Positions 32,934 through 44,024 of a stretch of 64,000 nt of DNA are shown here, piece by piece. The position numbers and the translations under genes are program-made. Position 1 is the stretch's first letter; the number at the start of each line of letters is the position of its first letter. Source of the DNA: a cyanobacterium endosymbiont of Rhopalodia gibba (GTDB taxonomy: Bacteria > Cyanobacteriota > Cyanobacteriia > Cyanobacteriales > Microcystaceae). The notes beneath the pieces were generated by a model that had not been told where the DNA came from, did no database searches, and saw nothing but the letters and a program-made list of their open reading frames with translations. Where the stretch lies: NCBI GenBank assembly GCA_045159875.1, contig CP067995.1, forward strand, positions 576,001-640,000. The letters are read 5' to 3'.

Positions 32934-34385
32934 CTATGATACTCCCATTGATTTGTTAGACTTTGTAAACTGCTCGTAGAAATCTAGGGCTACTTTGTCA
33001 ATAACATCGTAAGCCTCAAAGGGTTCTAACCCAGCCTTACGCAACTCCTCTTGGGGGCAAAGACCAATTTTAGAAGCAAGCACTCCTTTGCAATCAGCAA
33101 TAGCTTTGATGATATGCTCAAGAGTCGCTTTCTCGCCATACCCAGTTTGACAATAATGGTCGACTTTGCGATGAGCTACAAATTTAACATCTGCACCATC
33201 AACCTCAAATATTTGAAATTCCTTAGCGTGACCAAAGTGTTGGTTTACTAAGCGATTCCCTTTAGTTGCTACTGCTACAAGTATTTTAGGACCTTTTTTG
33301 AGTGTTTTAGCAGCTTTTGCGGCTTTCACCTCAGCGGTAAATTTTTCAATACCTTCGTGGACTTTCTGGCGGGTAGCTAAATCATATTCAGGCGTCATCT
33401 CGAGGAACTTGTCTTTGGTGAATTCCTGAGAACGGTCTTCTCCTAAGAGTCCTACTGCGTCTGCTCGACATTGACGACAGTGACGCATCATTTTCATGTT
33501 ACCAGAACAACTGTCTTGAACTGCTTTAAGTTCTTTGGGGCTAGGACCGCGTTGTCCGGTTAATCCAAAGTGGGTTCCATGCTCAGGCGCACTGATCAAA
33601 GGCATGATGTTATGAAGAAATGCACCTTTAGCACGAATAACTTCATTAACTTCTGCCAGGTGTTGGTCGTTAACTCCAGGAATCATAACCGAGTTAACCT
33701 TGCAAAGGATGTCTGCCTCCCTAAGGGCATCTAGGGACTCCATTTGCTTCTCTAAGAGAATTCTGACGCCTTCAATTCCCTTATAACGTTTGCGATTATA
33801 ACGTACCCAAGGATAGATTTTCTCCCCAATCTTAGGGTCAACCATATTAATAGTTAGGGTAACATGGTCGATTTTCAGTTCTTTGATTTTATCAATGTAC
33901 TCTGTTAACATCAAGCCGTTGCTTGACAGACATAATTTAATGTCGGGAGCTTGCTCAGCTACTAATTCAAAGGTACGGAAAGTATGCTTAGGATTCGCCA
34001 AGGGATCACCGGGACCCGCAATACCCAACACGGTCATTTGAGGAATCTTTCCGGCAATAACTAGAGCCTTGTGGGCAGCCTCTTCGGGGGTTAGAACTTC
34101 ACTAACTACTCCTGGACGGCTTTCGTTGGCACAATCGTACTTGCGGTTACAATAGTTACATTGAATGTTACAAGCAGGGGCAACTGCTACGTGCAATCTA
34201 GCATAGTGATGGTGTGCGTCCTCACTATAACAAGGATGTTTAGCAATCCGTTCCTGAATATTTTCAGGAATAACTCGAGAGGCAGAGGAATCGCAGCCAC
34301 ATGGTCCTGAAGCTTTTATTGTAGATGGAGTTGCTGTCTTGGCTGCTGATGAGTCAGAGTTAGTTAAACTGGTTGATTGTAACAT
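32934..34385 (-). CDS. nifB: FeMo-co biosynthesis radical SAM NifB with C-terminal NifX-like domain
   Basis: [43 protein letters not shown]. Confidence 0.98.
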   Translation of the reverse strand: MLQSTSLTNSDSSAAKTATPSTIKASGPCGCDSSASRVIPENIQERIAKHPCYSEDAHHHYARLHVAVAPACNIQCNYCNRKYDCANESRPGVVSEVLTPEEAAHKALVIAGKIPQMTVLGIAGPGDPLANPKHTFRTFELVAEQAPDIKLCLSSNGLMLTEYIDKIKELKIDHVTLTINMVDPKIGEKIYPWVRYNRKRYKGIEGVRILLEKQMESLDALREADILCKVNSVMIPGVNDQHLAEVNEVIRAKGAFLHNIMPLISAPEHGTHFGLTGQRGPSPKELKAVQDSCSGNMKMMRHCRQCRADAVGLLGEDRSQEFTKDKFLEMTPEYDLATRQKVHEGIEKFTAEVKAAKAAKTLKKGPKILVAVATKGNRLVNQHFGHAKEFQIFEVDGADVKFVAHRKVDHYCQTGYGEKATLEHIIKAIADCKGVLASKIGLCPQEELRKAGLEPFEAYDVIDKVALDFYEQFTKSNKSMGVS

Positions 34386-34578
34386 TGAATTCCGTGGAGT
34401 AAGAGGTGGCTAAAAAATGACCTAAGAGCATCTGGTGATTCAGTCGCTTGCTGGAACTTATCACAATAAGAGTCAAAAACGATCAATTTCCGTCCTTGGC
34501 GTCTATGCAAGTTATATCACTTCCTCTGGCAGTTCTTGATGCAGACAGCTGAGTTGGGATTTATCAAACTTGTTAGAA

Positions 34579-34785
34579 AGTACTCAAATGCTGGAATCTC
34601 TTTCCTAACGCCATGCTAACGCAATGTTATTTTTTTTAGGGGTCATGGGGCTAGTATTTTTAGTACGAGGTCTAAGTATTTTTTTTAGGGGATACGAGCA
34701 TTTATGCACTCAAGAGATAACCCCTACTGGAGAAAGAGCTGGGACCATTCTGGGACAGTTAAGTTCTTCATAATTTTGCACTCAA
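34579..34785 (-). promoter_or_regulatory. nifB-facing regulatory module (candidate CnfR-responsive element)
   Basis: Minus-strand TTGAGT(G/A)C boxes starting at 34785, 34713 and 34587, plus core AAATACTTAGACCTCGTACTAAAAATACTAGC (34681-34650). Confidence 0.7.
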
Positions 34786-35102
34786 CTACCTCTTACCGAA
34801 AACAAAAGACAGCAGACTCTCCGGCAAAAGTTGATACGGTTGATATATTTTTTCCGCTTTGCTGTTTTCTTTCTATGTTTAGGTCTTTTCCTGTTTTTTT
34901 CTTCACTCCTTACACTACAAAAAACCGGAGTAAGCGTTCCGAAGCTCCTCCAGTGCTGTCACGGAATCCAATTCTGTATCTAAAGTAACACTTTTTTTAA
35001 GATAAAGCTGACTTTAACTTACATCTACCCTAATCTTTGTACATCAAAATCCCTAAAGACCTTATTTCATAAGGAATTTAACTGTTAACTAACAATCAAT
35101 TC

Positions 35103-35318
35103 TTGAGTTCTTTAGATGATGTCTTTGAATTTTCTTTTTATGGGGTTTAAATCCTTACTCTGATTGATGTCTAAATTGAGTACATAAATACTTTAACCAA
35201 TACCTATAAATACATAGACACTGTACCAAAAATACTAGCACCCCATACTCAAAAAAAGATTTGCTAACGACGCAAATACTTGAAATATAAATCTGCTAAG
35301 ATTTTGAGTGCATAAATA
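35103..35318 (+). promoter_or_regulatory. nifP-facing regulatory module, mirror copy of the nifB module
   Basis: TTGAGT boxes at 35103, 35176 and 35304, plus core AAATACATAGACACTGTACCAAAAATACTAGC (35208-35239). Confidence 0.7.
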
Positions 35319-35418
35319 ACTAATGTTTATTAACTAGACCTGCCTCAATTGTCTTGGATGGTTCAGGGTAACTTGGTATAAGCATAACAACTAGGTCTAT
35401 GTAGAATCACGGAATTCA

Positions 35419-36150
35419 ATGTTTGGATCCATACCGCTTAGAGACGGCCGTTCTGAAAGTCAAGATGATCGCCTAAAAGTTTCAACTACGACTTTGTCGG
35501 CACCCTCCCACCCGACTAAGCTGCCGTTGAAGACTCTTTGGGAAGACTTTCAAATAATTTTTTCTCGTGATCCAGCTGCTCGCAACTGGCTGGAAGTGTT
35601 ATGTTGTTATCCAGGGTTGCACGCCCTAGTCTTGCATCGTATCTCTCATTGGCTGTGGCATTATGAAGTACCTTTTGTGCCGCGCTTTCTTTCCCATTTA
35701 GGGAGATTTTTTACAGGTATTGAAATTCATCCAGGAGCGACCCTCGGACAAGGAGTCTTCATCGACCACGGTATGGGGGTGGTTATAGGGGAGACTGCTA
35801 TTGTTGGTGATTATTGTCTAATTTATCAAAACGTTACCCTCGGCGGTACTGGGAAAGAGCTTGGCAAACGTCACCCTACCCTCGGCAACAATGTGGTGGT
35901 GGGGGCGGGAGCTAAAGTTTTAGGAAATATTGCCATTGGTGATCACGTTCGTATCGGAGCCGGTTCAATTATTCTAAGAAATGTGCCTAGTGATTGCACT
36001 GTGGTCGGTGTGCCAGGTCGTATTATTTCCCGCAGTGGTCGTGGTTGTCCATTAGAACACGGCAAGTTACCCGATGTAGAAGCCCAAGTTATTCGGACCT
36101 TGTTGGACCGAATTGAGCAATTGGAACAAAAGATACAAAACCTATCCTAA
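35419..36150 (+). CDS. nifP: Serine O-acetyltransferase NifP/CysE
   Basis: [40 protein letters not shown]. Confidence 0.92.
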   Translation: MFGSIPLRDGRSESQDDRLKVSTTTLSAPSHPTKLPLKTLWEDFQIIFSRDPAARNWLEVLCCYPGLHALVLHRISHWLWHYEVPFVPRFLSHLGRFFTGIEIHPGATLGQGVFIDHGMGVVIGETAIVGDYCLIYQNVTLGGTGKELGKRHPTLGNNVVVGAGAKVLGNIAIGDHVRIGAGSIILRNVPSDCTVVGVPGRIISRSGRGCPLEHGKLPDVEAQVIRTLLDRIEQLEQKIQNLS

Positions 36151-36165
36151 GCCTACTCTACCATT

Positions 36166-36444
36166 ATGATCAGATCATCTCGTCCCGATGCGTTAATCAG
36201 CCAAGTTGCGAAAGTTTCTCGATGTGAACGCTGGTTACTCCACCGTCGCCTTGAAGAACTAATGATCCCTTCTTGGTGTCCCGATGATGGCTCTTTATGG
36301 GTGGAAATTCAACACGGCATTGATGCTATTCTTTTACGCAGCACTGTCTACCAAGCGAGTGCCTCTCGTCAAGAACTGGTGGATTGGCTCGGACGCTGCT
36401 GGGAAGCAGATGACACCCTTTCTACTCAATTCTACAATAGTTGA
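36166..36444 (+). CDS. Asr1405/Asl0597 family protein
   Basis: RW..HRRLEELMIPSWC..DGSLWVE, SRQELVDWLGRCW. Confidence 0.8.
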   Translation: MIRSSRPDALISQVAKVSRCERWLLHRRLEELMIPSWCPDDGSLWVEIQHGIDAILLRSTVYQASASRQELVDWLGRCWEADDTLSTQFYNS

Positions 36445-36554
36445 GGATATTTTTCTCGAACTTGTCGCTTTTCCGGTTTGTTTTTTGCGCCCTTAACTCG
36501 TTGAGACCTAGCTCCGCTGGCTGATTGCGGAATAATTAGTTTTTTAGTGCTGTC

Positions 36555-36767
36555 ATGGAAGATCATCCAATCTCTAACGAATTCACTCAATTTTTACAAC
36601 AAGAACTATCTCTTTCATCCGATGACCTAGCGGTTGCTCTAAACAATCGCCGACAACCAGGAGATCCTATTCCTATGTTGCTATGGCAATATGGATTAAT
36701 TTCTAGAGGACAACTCCAGAGAATTTGGGATTGGCTTGATGCTCAGATTCAATTCCAGTTTCCTTGA
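36555..36767 (+). CDS. DUF2949 family protein
   Basis: FLQQELSLS..PIPMLLWQYGLIS..QL..IWDWL. Confidence 0.85.
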   Translation: MEDHPISNEFTQFLQQELSLSSDDLAVALNNRRQPGDPIPMLLWQYGLISRGQLQRIWDWLDAQIQFQFP

Positions 36768-36814
36768 CTATCATTTTAGCAAGTTCTTACCTATAGTTGT
36801 CGAGACATTAAGCC

Positions 36815-37948
36815 ATGGACAAAACTCGCATTAATGATACCACCCTCAGAGATGGAGAACAAGCAGCTGGTATTGTTTTCACTCCCGAAGAAAAAATATC
36901 TCTAGCTAATTTGATGGATGCTATGGGCATTCCCGAATTAGAAGTAGGAATTCCGGCCATGGGAGGAAGTGAAGCAGAAGCCATTACAGCGATCACCCAG
37001 TTAGGATTGAAAGCCGATTTATTAGGCTGGAATCGGGCAGTCCGCTCCGATGTGGAAGCTTCCCTTGCTTGTGGACTCAAACGAGTTCACATCTCCATTC
37101 CCGTGTCTGAGCTACAAATTCAAGCTAAGTTCAAGGGTGATCGCAGCCTGGTTTTTACCTGTCTAGAGAACACCCTCAAATTTGCCGTGGATAATGGTCT
37201 GTTTGTTTCTGTAGGAGCAGAAGATTCCTCTAGAGCTTCAGAAGAATTTTTGCTAGAGGTTGCTCGCGCTGCTCAGGAATGGGGGGCATCTCGTTTTCGA
37301 TTCTGCGATACGGTAGGTATTCTCAATCCTATTACCACTACCAAAAAAGTTGGAAATTTAGTGAAAGAGTTATCAATTCCCGTAGAGATGCATACTCATA
37401 ACGACTTTGGCTTGGCTACAGCCAATGCTTTAGCTGGACTCCAGGCGGGAGCTACTTCGGTGAATACTACCGTTAATGGGTTGGGGGAACGAGCAGGGAA
37501 TGCGGCTTTAGAAGAAATAATTATGGCTCTAAAGCATCTATATCAGGTGGACTTGAGCGTTAAGACTTGTCATTTGAGGGAATTGTCCCAGTTGGTCATT
37601 GCTGCCTCGGGTCATACTCTTCCTCCTTGGAAGGCTGTAGTAGGAGACAATGTCTTCTCCCACGAATCAGGTATCCATGCCCACGGAGTTCTTAAAAATC
37701 CCCAAACCTATGAGCCCTTTTCCCCAGAGGAAATCGGTTGGCAAAGACGATTGGTTGTAGGTAAGCATTCTGGACGACATCTAGTTGCTAATTTGCTAAA
37801 ACAACATGGCATTACTTTAGATCGTGAGGAAGCCCAATTTGTCTTAGATGCAGTGCGCAATTTGTCAGTTCAGATGAAACGAAGTTTAACAGTAGATGAA
37901 TTACTTAATTTAGTACCTCATAGGAGAATATCTCATGGGATTATATAA
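36815..37948 (+). CDS. nifV: Homocitrate synthase
   Basis: DTTLRDGEQA, HTHNDFGLATAN, GERAGNA, HESGIH. Confidence 0.95.
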   Translation: MDKTRINDTTLRDGEQAAGIVFTPEEKISLANLMDAMGIPELEVGIPAMGGSEAEAITAITQLGLKADLLGWNRAVRSDVEASLACGLKRVHISIPVSELQIQAKFKGDRSLVFTCLENTLKFAVDNGLFVSVGAEDSSRASEEFLLEVARAAQEWGASRFRFCDTVGILNPITTTKKVGNLVKELSIPVEMHTHNDFGLATANALAGLQAGATSVNTTVNGLGERAGNAALEEIIMALKHLYQVDLSVKTCHLRELSQLVIAASGHTLPPWKAVVGDNVFSHESGIHAHGVLKNPQTYEPFSPEEIGWQRRLVVGKHSGRHLVANLLKQHGITLDREEAQFVLDAVRNLSVQMKRSLTVDELLNLVPHRRISHGII

Positions 37949-38246
37949 TCCTGGCGAAATCGAACTAAATGATCCTCCATTTTTTCAAATGGAGGAAAAA
38001 GTCCGCTTACGGAAAATGATTCGTAATGATGGAACATTTCCGGGTAAAGAACTTGGTCAAACTTTAGCGAAAAAAGGTGATGTTGGCTATGTAGTTGGTA
38101 TTGGAACCTATCTACAGAGTTATTATATTTATGCGGTGCATTTTATTGATAGTGGCTTTGTTGTGGGGTGTCGCCGCAAGGAACTAGAATCAGCGGAGGA
38201 TCCTGAAACCCTAGAACGTCGTAAGGAGGAGATGAGTCGCTATTGA
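37935..38246 (+). CDS. nifZ: NifZ
   Basis: IRNDGTFPG, GYVVGIGTYLQ..YIYAVHF, VGCRRKEL. Confidence 0.93.
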   Translation: MGLYNPGEIELNDPPFFQMEEKVRLRKMIRNDGTFPGKELGQTLAKKGDVGYVVGIGTYLQSYYIYAVHFIDSGFVVGCRRKELESAEDPETLERRKEEMSRY

Positions 38247-38335
38247 TTAATACACCAAAAAAGTTAGAATTATAATCATTTAATTATAATTCTGCCTTCT
38301 ACATTAGTGTTTAGATTGTTATTAGGAGTTATTTC

Positions 38336-38536
38336 ATGAAAGTTATTTTAAGTCGTAATGATACAGGCAATTTATCTGTCTACGTTCCTAAAAAGGACTT
38401 AGAGGAAGTGGTGGTTAACGAAACCCCTGCAGATGAGGGAAAAATTCTAACCTTGGCTAATGGTTGGGATTTAAAGTTTCCTACCTTGACCGATGATACT
38501 AAGTTACCTCAAACTATGGAAGCGACAAAACTGTAA
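38336..38536 (+). CDS. nifT: NifT/FixU
   Basis: YVPKKDLEE, LANGW, LPQT. Confidence 0.92.
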   Translation: MKVILSRNDTGNLSVYVPKKDLEEVVVNETPADEGKILTLANGWDLKFPTLTDDTKLPQTMEATKL

Positions 38537-38682
38537 TTACTGTTAGTTTTTGAAGAATAAAACAGAGGTAACTTTTTTAGTGAATAGGAAAAGTAAAGGG
38601 CAAGGGGAAGAAGTTAAAATATCTGTTCCTCCCTCTTACCTCATTTTAACTTCTTAATTCTTTAATTATTGAGGATTTAGTC

Positions 38683-39279
38683 ATGGATTCAGTGCATTAC
38701 CAAACTTTATCATTTCGATTAGAAGGTCAATTCGTTGGATTTATCAACAAGTCCAATGGCCGATTAAAGTCTCTGCGATTAATACTTAATGGCAAAGAGT
38801 TACATATTAAATTGGATAAAGAATTACGGGGTTCCTTAGGGAATAGTTTAGCTGTTGGTGACTGGATTCAGGTTGTAGGAAGACAAAAATTCAAGGGTAG
38901 TTTTACTGACTTTAAACTAAAAGCATTTCAAGTAAATCGATTGAGTTATAGCTTAGAGTGTCAAGATAATGTAAACCAAAATTATTCAGTAATTTCTGAA
39001 GATCGCTCGTCGAGTTGTCTGAAAAAAGGCAAAATTCTTTTGTGTAATAAATCTGATTGTGCCAAAAATGGTAGTGAAGAACTTTATCAAGAACTCCAAA
39101 AAACTATCTATCGTTTGGGGTTAGAAGATTCTGTAACTATCCAAAAAACAAGTTGTCAGAAACGCTGTAAAAAAGCGCCCAATATGATTTTAATGCCTGG
39201 GAAAGAAAAATGCAGCAACCCTCAACCTCAGAGTATTGTAAGTCTTCTCCGTGATCATTATTTAGCTCCTATGGACTAA
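38683..39279 (+). CDS. Protein with C-terminal thioredoxin-like (2Fe-2S) ferredoxin domain
   Basis: LCNKSDCAKNG and SCQKRCKKAPN. Confidence 0.8.
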   Translation: MDSVHYQTLSFRLEGQFVGFINKSNGRLKSLRLILNGKELHIKLDKELRGSLGNSLAVGDWIQVVGRQKFKGSFTDFKLKAFQVNRLSYSLECQDNVNQNYSVISEDRSSSCLKKGKILLCNKSDCAKNGSEELYQELQKTIYRLGLEDSVTIQKTSCQKRCKKAPNMILMPGKEKCSNPQPQSIVSLLRDHYLAPMD

Positions 39280-39285
39280 GAAAAA

Positions 39286-39690
39286 ATGACTAATATTATT
39301 TTCTATGAAAAACCCGGTTGTATTAACAATACAAAGCAGAAAAAACTCCTCTGGAGTGCAGGTCATACCTTGGATATTCGTAACCTGTTGACGACCTCTT
39401 GGACTTTAGAAAAATTACGACCTTTTTTTGGTGATCGACCTGTTCAAGAGTGGTTTAACCCTACTGCCCCTCGAATTAAGTCAGGGGAAATTGTTCCAAG
39501 AAAATTAGACGAGAAAACAGCACTTAACTTAATGATAGCTGATCCTCTATTGATTCGTCGTCCTCTTATTCAAGTGGAAGAAGTTTTTCAAGTAGGATTT
39601 GATGTGGAACAAATCGACTCTTGGATTGGTTTAAATAGTTTAAGTACAAAAATAGAAGATTTAGAAACTTGTCCTAACATTTTCCAATAA
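39286..39690 (+). CDS. Nitrogenase-associated ArsC/Spx family protein
   Basis: FYEKPGCINNTKQK, WFNPTAPRIKSGE, PLLIRRPL. Confidence 0.9.
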   Translation: MTNIIFYEKPGCINNTKQKKLLWSAGHTLDIRNLLTTSWTLEKLRPFFGDRPVQEWFNPTAPRIKSGEIVPRKLDEKTALNLMIADPLLIRRPLIQVEEVFQVGFDVEQIDSWIGLNSLSTKIEDLETCPNIFQ

Positions 39691-40484
39691 TTAATTATTT
39701 TAAAAGCCATTAGAGATGTCAATTAACACATCTCTTTTCTTCTTAAAAGAAGAAAAATAGAAACAGTCTAATAAATTAAAAATAGTTTAGAATGAAATGA
39801 TGGGTTTAAGTTGATCAATAATCCATTATTTGGAACTTTATACTATTAATTTTTATATTAACTATAATGATTCGTCTATTGTATAGATATGTTTAGAATA
39901 AATTTAGGAACTTAAAATTTCCTAAACTAGCTGTAAAACAATTTCAATAAAAAAAGCGGAAAAATCTTGCTTTATAGAATTTTAAGGACTCAACTACTTA
40001 AGTTTTATACAAGCAAAGTTCTTGAGGTCTTAGGGTACAGTCAAAATAAGAGTTTTGAAGATTATTTAGATACTAATTTATTAATTTAACTCTAAACAAG
40101 ATAGAAATCTAGATAGATAATTATAAAATAACTCAATAAAATAAAGTAAAATAAGTTCAAGAATAGCTATAGAAAGTATTGAACCATAAGTCTAATAGAT
40201 ATATGCTAAATATAGTTTTTTAAAAATTTAAGAGGAATATTTTTTTAAAGTGTGTTGAACTACTTAAATATTAACGTTATCTCAAAGCAGACTTCTTAAT
40301 AAGAAAATCTACATAATAGCGAGGCTAAGCAAGAGAAATTTGTCAGTACTTTTATTGAAATTAAATCTTCAAAGTTGTGATATTGAAATAATATTTCAAT
40401 TTTGTAGATAACACTTCGCTTTGCTGAATCCATCTCCTCACCATTCAGATTAGTCATCATCTAGCAAATTTTTTTAAAAAATAA

Positions 40485-40676
40485 CTAACGATTAAATCTT
40501 TGGTGATAGATTACTAATTCTGCAGTAATATCACGCTCGTCGTTGTAACAAACATTTTGTTCTACAGTTGTTGTCTCTTTGAAAACTTCTGTTAATCCTA
40601 CGCTAAGAAACATTACACTAGTAGCAGCAATGATGTAGTTGCGCGGGTTGATAATCTCGGTAGTAGTCGTTAACAT
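40485..40676 (-). CDS. Small hypothetical protein
   Basis: 63-aa ORF with AAGGA upstream, a hydrophobic segment, and visibly more G+C than its flanks. Confidence 0.45.
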   Translation of the reverse strand: MLTTTTEIINPRNYIIAATSVMFLSVGLTEVFKETTTVEQNVCYNDERDITAELVIYHQRFNR

Positions 40677-41125
40677 CGTGAGTCATTTTCCTTTCTTTAA
40701 TTACTTTTATAATATAAAAAGTTTAAGGGTGATGTCAGTCCCAAAACACTGGAAAAAAATTAAGTTTTAGAGTCTATTTAAGGGGAGTTATGTAGAAAAT
40801 TTAACCAGTTTTATATAAAGTTAGTTACGATTGAAATTATTTTGTGTAATTTCCTACATTATCATAAACTTCAATTAATTTTTTTTAAAATTTTTATAAC
40901 ACATTGTATAAACAACGACTACTAAGTTAAATCAGTATATCCTATTTTAATTTTAAAGTAAAATAGATTATTCAACGAAGTGTTATCTTTAAAAGAGATT
41001 AGATGACTCCTGAGTTAATCACCTGATTCAAACAATAATTTAATTCTTGTGACCAATTCAAGGTTAATAATTTAGTTCAGGAATCGTATAATTTTTCAAT
41101 TATCAAAACAACTATCAAAACTTAG

Positions 41126-41827
41126 ATGTTGATCCCTCTGACTCGCCAAGCACTTGAAAAAATTATTCCCGCTATTGCAACGGGAGCACAATATGCATCT
41201 TGTTGGGGAAGAGCGCGGGATGTCTTAAGACGGTTATTAATTTCTGTGGTTGCTCTCACTATTTTCTGGTTAATTGGAAAACTCCTGGGTTCAGGAGGCC
41301 TAGCCATTAAACTTATTTTTGATATTATTGCTGGACTATATTGGCTGTGGAGTCCCATTTACTGGGCCAATCTACGCAATGGCAGTTATCGTCGCTTTCC
41401 CTATAGTGGATTTTGGCAAGGACGAGTATTAGATGTCTATCTCACAGAAGAAGTTGTTGGAGAAGAAGAAACTGTCAACAAGCGTGGAGAACTAGTCGTC
41501 ATTGAGAACCGAGAACGGCGAATTAATCTCGAAGTTGGCGATAACGAACAGTTCAGGGCTAGGATAAAAGCTCCCGTTAAACGAATTTATAAAAGCATTA
41601 ATCCTGGAGATATAGCAGAAATGGTGATTCTATCAAAACAGTCAGATCTAAGCCGAATTGATAAAATTACAGATGTTTATCTCCCACAACATAATTTTTG
41701 GTTAGGAGAATATCCCTATTTACGAAGGGATGTTTTTACTCAGGTGAGTGATGAACTAGGAACAGTCAAGGGTAGAAAAACGAACCAAGGACACCACCTT
41801 TATCGAGTTCAACGACGTAGACGTTAG
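41126..41827 (+). CDS. Conserved cyanobacterial hypothetical membrane protein
   Basis: MLIPLTR..ATGAQY, two TM segments, EETVNKRGELVVIENRERRINLEVGD. Confidence 0.8.
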   Translation: MLIPLTRQALEKIIPAIATGAQYASCWGRARDVLRRLLISVVALTIFWLIGKLLGSGGLAIKLIFDIIAGLYWLWSPIYWANLRNGSYRRFPYSGFWQGRVLDVYLTEEVVGEEETVNKRGELVVIENRERRINLEVGDNEQFRARIKAPVKRIYKSINPGDIAEMVILSKQSDLSRIDKITDVYLPQHNFWLGEYPYLRRDVFTQVSDELGTVKGRKTNQGHHLYRVQRRRR

Positions 41828-42027
41828 CTATAAAATGATGAATAATATATTAGGGTCATTAGTAAATAAATAATTATTCGGCTCAACTGGATATTCTTCT
41901 TCAAAAGAAACCCTAAAAATATTTTAGAAAGAACCTAATTAAAGTTCTAATCATAAAAATCCATAAAATTGAACTTCAATCAACAGTGAAAGTATACTTA
42001 TAAATAAGTTGAGAAATTATAAGCATT

Positions 42028-42999
42028 ATGTTAAATTACAAGGTTCAATCCCCAAAACTTTCTTCAACCCATCATAAAATTGCTGTTCTAATTCCCTGTC
42101 GTAATGAAGAATTAACAATTGCCCAAGTAGTGAAACAGTTCCGTCAAGAATTACCAGAAGCGGCGATCTATGTTTATGATAATCGGTCTACTGACGATAC
42201 TATAGCACAAGCTCATGCCGCCGAAGCCATCATTCGCTGTGAACCTCAACCAGGAAAAGGAAATGTTATTAGGCGAATGTTTGCTGATGTTGAAGCAGAT
42301 ATTTATGTGTTAGTCGATGGAGATAATACCTATGAAGTTTCCGCTATTAAGGGACTAATTGAACAACTAATTACAAAACGTCTTGATATGATGGTAGGTG
42401 CGCGTCGTTCTACAATCAAAGATGAAGGGGCTTATCGTTTGGGCCATCGCGGTGGAAATCTTTTTTTGACAGGTGTGGTTAAGCTACTATTTGGGGCTCA
42501 ACTAAAAGACATGTTATCAGGATATCGTGTTTTTTCTCGACGTTTTGTTAAATCATTTCCAGCCCTATCGAGTGGATTTGAAATCGAAACTGAATTCACC
42601 GTACACGCTTTAGAATTAAAAATTCCTTTTGCTGAAGAATATACATTATATGGGTCCAGACCGCCAGGTTCAGAAAGTAAGTTGAGGACTTTTACTGATG
42701 GTTGGCGAGTTTTAGGAACTGCTATCCTTTTATTCAAAGAAGCACGACCATTTTTGTTTTTTGGACTAGTTTTTATTGTTCTTGCTTTAATCTCAATTTT
42801 TTTAGGAGTGCCTATTTTTGGGGAGTATTTAACAACAGGGTTAGTGCCTCGATTTCCTACTGCAATTTTAGCGACTTCTATGATGTTGCTAGCTTTTTTA
42901 AGCTTAACCTGTGGTATGATTTTGGACTCGGTTGCCAGAGGTCGTCGTGAAGTAAAACGAATGGCATATTTATATCATTCATTACTAGAATCGAATTAA
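42028..42999 (+). CDS. Glycosyltransferase family 2 (DPM/GtrB-like)
   Basis: IPCRNEE, DNRSTD, VDGDNTY, DMLSGYR, GFEIETE; two C-terminal TMs. Confidence 0.9.
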   Translation: MLNYKVQSPKLSSTHHKIAVLIPCRNEELTIAQVVKQFRQELPEAAIYVYDNRSTDDTIAQAHAAEAIIRCEPQPGKGNVIRRMFADVEADIYVLVDGDNTYEVSAIKGLIEQLITKRLDMMVGARRSTIKDEGAYRLGHRGGNLFLTGVVKLLFGAQLKDMLSGYRVFSRRFVKSFPALSSGFEIETEFTVHALELKIPFAEEYTLYGSRPPGSESKLRTFTDGWRVLGTAILLFKEARPFLFFGLVFIVLALISIFLGVPIFGEYLTTGLVPRFPTAILATSMMLLAFLSLTCGMILDSVARGRREVKRMAYLYHSLLESN

Positions 43000-43019
43000 T
43001 TTTCACCCAAAGAATCTAG

Positions 43020-44024
43020 ATGAAACCTTCATTACCTCCCGATACTTTAACTCTTGATAATAAATTTTTTACCCCCGAAGTTTCAATTGTAATTCCTATT
43101 TTTAATGAGGAAGAAAGCATTGAACAGCTAATTGTAAGAATTATTGCAATCTTAACGAATTGTAATTTGTCTTATGAAGTGATTTGCATTGATGATGGTT
43201 CTCAAGACAAATCCTCTCAAATTTTAAGCGAATTAACTCAAAGATTTAATCACCTCAAAGCAATTATTTTACGTCGAAATTATGGACAAACACCGGCAAT
43301 AGCAGCAGGGTTTAAATATGCAAAAGGAAAAATCATTGTAACCTTAGATGGAGATTTGCAAAATGATCCTATTGATATTCCAAGATTGATTAATAAGTTA
43401 AATCAAGGTTATGATTTAGTTAATGGTTGGCGAGAAAATCGACAAGACGATACCGTAACTCGGCTGCTTCCTTCTAAAATTGCTAATTGGGTTATTGGTA
43501 AAGTGACAGGGGTGGATCTTCATGACTATGGATGTTCTTTAAAGGCTTATCGTTCCGAATTAATCGCTGATATGAATCTTTACGGTGAATTACATCGATT
43601 TTTACCTGCTTTAGCTTACATTGAAGGAGCAAAAATTGTGGAGATGTCTGTTTCCCATCACCCTCGTCGTTACGGGAAGAGTAAATATGGGTTGGGGCGG
43701 ACTTTTCGAGTTGTTATGGATTTATTAACAGTTTTCTTTATTAAGAAATATTTAACTCGCCCTATGCATGTTTTTGGATTATTTGGACTTGGTTCAACTA
43801 TGTTAGGTATGATATTAGGGAGTTATCTGATCTTTCTCAAATTAGTATTGGGGCAGAGTATCGGCCATCGTCCCTTACTAATTTTAGCAGTATTATTAGT
43901 GCTGACTGGGGTACAATTGTTGAGTTTTGGATTATTAGCTGAATTAGTAATGCGAACCTATCATGAATCTCAGAAACGTCCAATTTATCGGGTAAGAGAA
44001 ATCATCGGCAGCCACCAAGACTAA
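43020..44024 (+). CDS. Glycosyltransferase family 2 (ArnC-like)
   Basis: IPIFNEE, DDGSQD, RRNYGQT, DGDLQNDP, HDYGCSLKAYR. Confidence 0.9.
   Translation: MKPSLPPDTLTLDNKFFTPEVSIVIPIFNEEESIEQLIVRIIAILTNCNLSYEVICIDDGSQDKSSQILSELTQRFNHLKAIILRRNYGQTPAIAAGFKYAKGKIIVTLDGDLQNDPIDIPRLINKLNQGYDLVNGWRENRQDDTVTRLLPSKIANWVIGKVTGVDLHDYGCSLKAYRSELIADMNLYGELHRFLPALAYIEGAKIVEMSVSHHPRRYGKSKYGLGRTFRVVMDLLTVFFIKKYLTRPMHVFGLFGLGSTMLGMILGSYLIFLKLVLGQSIGHRPLLILAVLLVLTGVQLLSFGLLAELVMRTYHESQKRPIYRVREIIGSHQD

Noticed and set aside
34704..34988. 94-aa ORF in the nifB-nifP spacer
   Set aside because: No recognisable motif; overlaps the mirrored regulatory module
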